Of a stretch of DNA of 64,000 bases, positions 60,003 to 64,000 are shown piece by piece (the stretch's first letter is position 1; every line of letters starts with the position of its first letter). The notes beneath the pieces are model-generated. The model saw only the letters and a list, made by a program, of their open reading frames with translations. It had not been told where the DNA came from and did not search any database. The stretch lies in the NCBI GenBank assembly GCA_001004885.1, contig LCRX01000014.1, positions 1,565 to 65,564 on the forward strand, given 5' to 3'. A program made the translations under genes and the position numbers. This DNA is from Candidatus Magasanikbacteria bacterium GW2011_GWA2_56_11. Its GTDB lineage: Bacteria; Patescibacteriota; Patescibacteriia; Magasanikbacterales; UBA922.

Positions 60003-60359
60003 CTACTTTCCGCGCTCGGCAAACAAATCCCGGATCAATACCAAATCGCTTTCGATTTTGTCGTGGAGCTCGCCGGGGGAATCATAGCTCTCGATTTCGC
60101 TGATTTTCTGAATCGGCTCCACCGCTACGCGGCTGCCGTAAAAATCCGCCCCGGAGTAGTTCATGAAGAACACTTCCACCTTCCACGGCTCGCTGTGAAT
60201 TACCAGCGCTGCCTGGTAAGTAGCGCGATTAAGCGTCGCCCAGGCAGCGTAAACCCCGGGGGGCAGAGGCACCTCCGACCGGCGCACATTCAGATTGGCC
60301 GTGGGAAACCCGGTGAGCTTGGCGGCGCCGTCGCCGCGGATAACAATGCTCGTGATCAT
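60003..60359 (-). CDS. stand-alone riboflavin kinase
   Basis: GFPTANL...PPGVYA...VEVF...DFYG. Confidence 0.8.
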   Translation of the reverse strand: MITSIVIRGDGAAKLTGFPTANLNVRRSEVPLPPGVYAAWATLNRATYQAALVIHSEPWKVEVFFMNYSGADFYGSRVAVEPIQKISEIESYDSPGELHDKIESDLVLIRDLFAERGK

Positions 60360-61624
60360 AACTTTTTTTGCAGAATTTCCATTGCCTTCTCCACTCCTTT
60401 ATCCGTGTAATCTTCGCGGTCCGTGCCGGTTTCACCCGGCTTTTGTTCGAACATCTCGTCCACCGTAATGTCGGGATCGATCCCGATGCCGTCAATCTCG
60501 CGATTTTTGGGCGTAAGCCACTTGGCAATGGTCAGCTTCAACGCCGAACCGTCGGGCAGCGGCTCGAAGTCCTGGACCGAACCTTTGCCGAATGTTTTGG
60601 CGCCTACTATATCGGCCACGCCATGATCCTGCAGGGCGCCGGCCACAATCTCGGCTCCCGAGGCTGTGCCTTCGTCTACGAGCACGACCGTGGGCACCCC
60701 GGCAAACCGGTGCAGGCCGCTGGTTTTATACTCGTTAATTTCATTGTTAACGAATCGTTCACGCACGATAACCCCCTCCTCCACCCACTCGCTCGCCACC
60801 AAGATAGAACGGTCCAAAAAGCCGCCGGGGTTGCTCCGCAAATCCAGGATAATGCCGCGCGGTTTAAAGGCCGCGATTTCGCCCGCGATCTTATTAAACT
60901 CCTGGCTGGTGGTCTCGTTGAAGTAGCTGACGCGCAAATAGGCGATTCCATCGGCCTTTTTCTCCCATGTTACCGACGGTACGTTAATTTTTTCCCGGGT
61001 TATCTCCACCTCTCGCGTTTCGCTCTCGCCTCCCCGGAGGATCAGCAGCTTAACGGCCGTGCCCCTCGGGCCGCGAATTTTGCCGACAGCCTCGTCGAGA
61101 GACAAACCGAAAGTCTCTTGGCCGTTGATCGTGAAGATTTTATCCTTGGCCCTGAGGCCGGCTTTTTCCGCCGGCGAACCGGGCAGGGGCGCGATGACGA
61201 TAAGTTGTTCTTCCTTGAGGCCGATCTCGGCTCCGATTCCTTCAAACTCTCCGGACAGGTCTTTGGCAAACTCCTCGGCCTTCTGCGGCGGAAAGTAGGC
61301 CGAATAGGGGTCATGAAGAGACCGGACCATGCCCTCGACTGAACCGTAAAACAAATCCACGTCTCCGACCGGTTGGTTGACGTATTTAGCCTTGATCTTG
61401 TCCCAGACTTCCCAGTATTGCGTGAAACTGACGGCAGACGATCGCGACTGGCCGTATAGATCGAGCACCTGGGTAATCTCCACATCCCGCGAATCGGCGA
61501 AAAGAGTCTCCCGCAAATTCACGCCAAATCCGGCCGCGGCGCCCAAAGCAAAAAATAATGCCGCGAGCGCGGGACGGCCCAGGGAGCGGTTCGCCGAACT
61601 GGAAGTCTCATGATGTTCAGACAT
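60356..61624 (-). CDS. S41 C-terminal processing peptidase
   Basis: PDZ FEGIG, ILDLRSNPGG, TASGAEI and TFGKGSVQ. Confidence 0.93.
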   Translation of the reverse strand: MSEHHETSSSANRSLGRPALAALFFALGAAAGFGVNLRETLFADSRDVEITQVLDLYGQSRSSAVSFTQYWEVWDKIKAKYVNQPVGDVDLFYGSVEGMVRSLHDPYSAYFPPQKAEEFAKDLSGEFEGIGAEIGLKEEQLIVIAPLPGSPAEKAGLRAKDKIFTINGQETFGLSLDEAVGKIRGPRGTAVKLLILRGGESETREVEITREKINVPSVTWEKKADGIAYLRVSYFNETTSQEFNKIAGEIAAFKPRGIILDLRSNPGGFLDRSILVASEWVEEGVIVRERFVNNEINEYKTSGLHRFAGVPTVVLVDEGTASGAEIVAGALQDHGVADIVGAKTFGKGSVQDFEPLPDGSALKLTIAKWLTPKNREIDGIGIDPDITVDEMFEQKPGETGTDREDYTDKGVEKAMEILQKKL

Positions 61625-61643
61625 AATAATTGTGGCCTATAAT

Positions 61644-62927
61644 TTATTCACTGCGGGTAATTTGGGCGCCCAGTTTTTGGAGTGTTGACTCGAGATGGGG
61701 ATAACCGCGGTCAATATGTTCCACGCTTTCCACGGTTGTCCTCCCGGCAGCCGCCAGGCCGGCGGCGACATAAGCCATGCCGGCTCTGAGATCCGGAGCC
61801 TGGAGCGGACGGCCCTCGAGCGGCGTCCGCCCGTTCACCACCACGCGGTGCGGGTCGGCTATGATAATGTTGGCGCCCATGCCGTTGAGGTAGTCCGCGA
61901 AAAACATGCGGCCGGGGTACATTTTCTCAAAAAACAGCGTTGCCCCTTTGGCCTGAGTGGCAAGCACGATCGCCAGACTCATCATATCGGTGGGAAAACA
62001 GGGCCACGGCTGCGAATAAATGCCCTTGGTGCGCGCCCACGCCTGGTTCTCCACCGTTAGCCGCTGCCGCTTGGGCACTACCAGATCGGCGCCGTCAGCC
62101 TGAGTGCGTATGCCCAGCTGGCGAAAAAAGTACAGAATGGATTTTAGATCCTCGTGCCTCACGTCTTTCACCGTCAGTTCGCCGCCGGTTACCGCCGACA
62201 GCACTATCATCGTTCCGACATAGACGTAATCCGGCGGCACCGGCACTGTCGCCCCTCGGAGTTCGGCCACGCCGCGTATCTCCAGCCGGTTGGTGCCGAC
62301 GCCTTTTATATCGGCGCCCATGACCGAGAGCATCTCGCACAAAGCCTGGACATGCGGCTCGGAAGCCGCATTCGTTATGGTCGTGCGGCCGGGCGCCAAT
62401 ACGGCGGCGAGGAGTACGTTTTCAGTGGCCGTAACGCTAGGCTCGTACAAGAACACCTCGGCCCCGCGCAACTTTCCCGACAAAGAAAAAGACTCGAAAG
62501 ACAGCCAGCGGAACTTGGCTCCCAGCTGGCGCAGCCCGTCGAAATGGGCGGTCATTTCCCGCGGTCCGATTTTGTCCCCGCCGGGTAAAAAACTAGTCAC
62601 CTGTCCCTGGCGTGCGAGAAGCGGACCCAAAAACATATTCGACGCTCGCATTTTTTGCGCCGCCTCCCGCTCGATGCCAGCGGCGGAAACGGCGGGGGTG
62701 TGCACGGTCAACCGTCCTGTCTCGGGCCGATAGTCCACTTTGGCGCCCAGCTCTTTCATGATCCCCAGCATCACGGTTACATCGCTGATAGCCGGCACGT
62801 TTTCGAACGTAACCGGTTCGGCGGTCAGCAAAGTCGCCGGGATCATTTTCAGAATCGCGTTCTTGTTCCCGATAGGTTTGACAACGCCGCCCAACGGACG
62901 CCCGCCCTCAATGATGAACTTGGACAT
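61644..62927 (-). CDS. murA: UDP-N-acetylglucosamine 1-carboxyvinyltransferase (Cys-to-Asp type)
   Basis: KNAIL, MRAS, LPGGDKIGPR, SVTATEN, EPHV, PDLRAG and HIDRGY. Confidence 0.93.
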   Translation of the reverse strand: MSKFIIEGGRPLGGVVKPIGNKNAILKMIPATLLTAEPVTFENVPAISDVTVMLGIMKELGAKVDYRPETGRLTVHTPAVSAAGIEREAAQKMRASNMFLGPLLARQGQVTSFLPGGDKIGPREMTAHFDGLRQLGAKFRWLSFESFSLSGKLRGAEVFLYEPSVTATENVLLAAVLAPGRTTITNAASEPHVQALCEMLSVMGADIKGVGTNRLEIRGVAELRGATVPVPPDYVYVGTMIVLSAVTGGELTVKDVRHEDLKSILYFFRQLGIRTQADGADLVVPKRQRLTVENQAWARTKGIYSQPWPCFPTDMMSLAIVLATQAKGATLFFEKMYPGRMFFADYLNGMGANIIIADPHRVVVNGRTPLEGRPLQAPDLRAGMAYVAAGLAAAGRTTVESVEHIDRGYPHLESTLQKLGAQITRSE

Positions 62928-63014
62928 ACCGGCATTGAATAATGGCTGAATATTCAGTATAATTATACTCAGTGCTTACGAAAAAAGCAACTCTTATCCC
63001 CCGGCAAGTTTTTT

Positions 63015-64000
63015 ATGGCACTGCGCTTATTTCCGCGCCGGCAGCCGCACTCGAGGCCGCGGCGCGACGGCATTGATTTCCGCATTACCCGGCCTATCCG
63101 CATTTCCATAATGCTCGGTTTATTTTTAGTTTTTTTCACGTTTTCCCCAGCCGTTATTCTTTATACTGCCGGCTATCGCTTCAGCTGGCAGGACAAAGCT
63201 ATTAAAAAAACCGGCGTCATCAGCCTCGACGCCGAACCAACTGACGCCGAGGTGCTAATAAACGGCATCGCCGTCAAAGGAAAAATGCCGCTGAGACTGG
63301 CCAACCGCGCCCCTGGATCTTACCGCCTGGTTATCCGTCGAGAGGGCTATATTCCCTGGAGCACGGACATAGTCGTCGCGAGCAACCAGACAACCTTTAT
63401 CAAAGACGTACGCCTGTTTAAACAGTCCAAGCCAGAGCGTTTTTCCCTTCTTTCCGATCCGGTAGAGGCCGTATATGCCGCTCCCGACGCCGACTCGCTT
63501 CTGGCCCTAACCTACACGACAAGCACCTGGCGAATCATGCATGTCAAACCAAGCGCGCAAAAAACAACGTCCCTGGCGGAAGTCCCCCGCACGGCTCTGC
63601 CGCCGACCGTCTCGCTCTCGCCGGATCGCACCGCCGCTCTGATTATCTCCGGCGATGACGCCGGCCGGCCGGAACTTACCCTTATAGACATGGAAAGGCC
63701 GGAGACCAAAAAAACAGTGGCCTTTGGGGGAAACCAGTCGCCCCGGTACCAATGGTCGCAAACCGGGCCGGCAGGAAGGTTATTTATCGAGGCCAACGGC
63801 ACGCTCGAAATAGTGAGTCCCGGAGAGCCGCAGAAAATAGTCGGATCAGTTTCCTCCCCTGTCTGGTTTGCCGAAAGCCAATCTAAAATCTGGACTCTTC
63901 AAGGCACCACCCTCACTAGCCTTGTGAACGGCCGGGACGAAGCGGCCTACACGATTGCCCGGCCGGCGGAAAGCATCATAGACGCCAATCAACACCGCAT
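63015..64000 (+). CDS. PEGA-domain membrane protein (runs off the window)
   Basis: TM ending ILYTAGYRF, then KTGVISLDAEPTDAEVLING...PGSYRLVIRREGY. Confidence 0.75.
   Translation, partial: MALRLFPRRQPHSRPRRDGIDFRITRPIRISIMLGLFLVFFTFSPAVILYTAGYRFSWQDKAIKKTGVISLDAEPTDAEVLINGIAVKGKMPLRLANRAPGSYRLVIRREGYIPWSTDIVVASNQTTFIKDVRLFKQSKPERFSLLSDPVEAVYAAPDADSLLALTYTTSTWRIMHVKPSAQKTTSLAEVPRTALPPTVSLSPDRTAALIISGDDAGRPELTLIDMERPETKKTVAFGGNQSPRYQWSQTGPAGRLFIEANGTLEIVSPGEPQKIVGSVSSPVWFAESQSKIWTLQGTTLTSLVNGRDEAAYTIARPAESIIDANQHR

Noticed and set aside
58879-60359. FMN riboswitch or complete riboflavin pathway
   Set aside because: The genes are tightly packed with no leader, and ribBA/ribD are not in this window, so completeness cannot be judged.

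Overview
Most of the window (~1432-64000) reads as the chromosome of a Patescibacteria/CPR-like bacterium. This is inferred from gene content and style: secDF/secA, mur genes, mraY, elp3, rarA, glyA, pyrG, rplI, era, rib genes, a PEGA protein and CPR-type hypotheticals. Its main feature is an AT-rich, integron-like cassette array (~28.7-41.1 kb, all genes on the minus strand) next to a divergent tyrosine recombinase (41207-42019) and an attI-like core. The recombinase lacks the IntI-specific insertion. The attC-like sites are non-canonical: TAAC-GTTCGC-stem...stem-GCT-GTTA, often with branched interiors. In addition, the two ends of individual cassettes are complementary over 20-60 bp, with a recurrent mismatch at positions 10-11. 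Cargo includes a Septu-like AAA+HNH pair, a DUF4268 nuclease, Fic, NUDIX, GNAT, LysE, VOC and cupin genes. Other notable items are an unassigned ~380-nt highly structured RNA with its own promoter and terminator (49582-49960, minus), a promoter-linked hairpin element repeated three times around rplI/era, a SecD carrying parvulin domains, and a RaSEA-like radical SAM protein. The first ~1.4 kb holds an archaeal-type RNase P RNA with TATA boxes and is probably a different contig. Several 5'-truncated genes suggest assembly joins. All assignments come from reading motifs by eye; no database searches were run.
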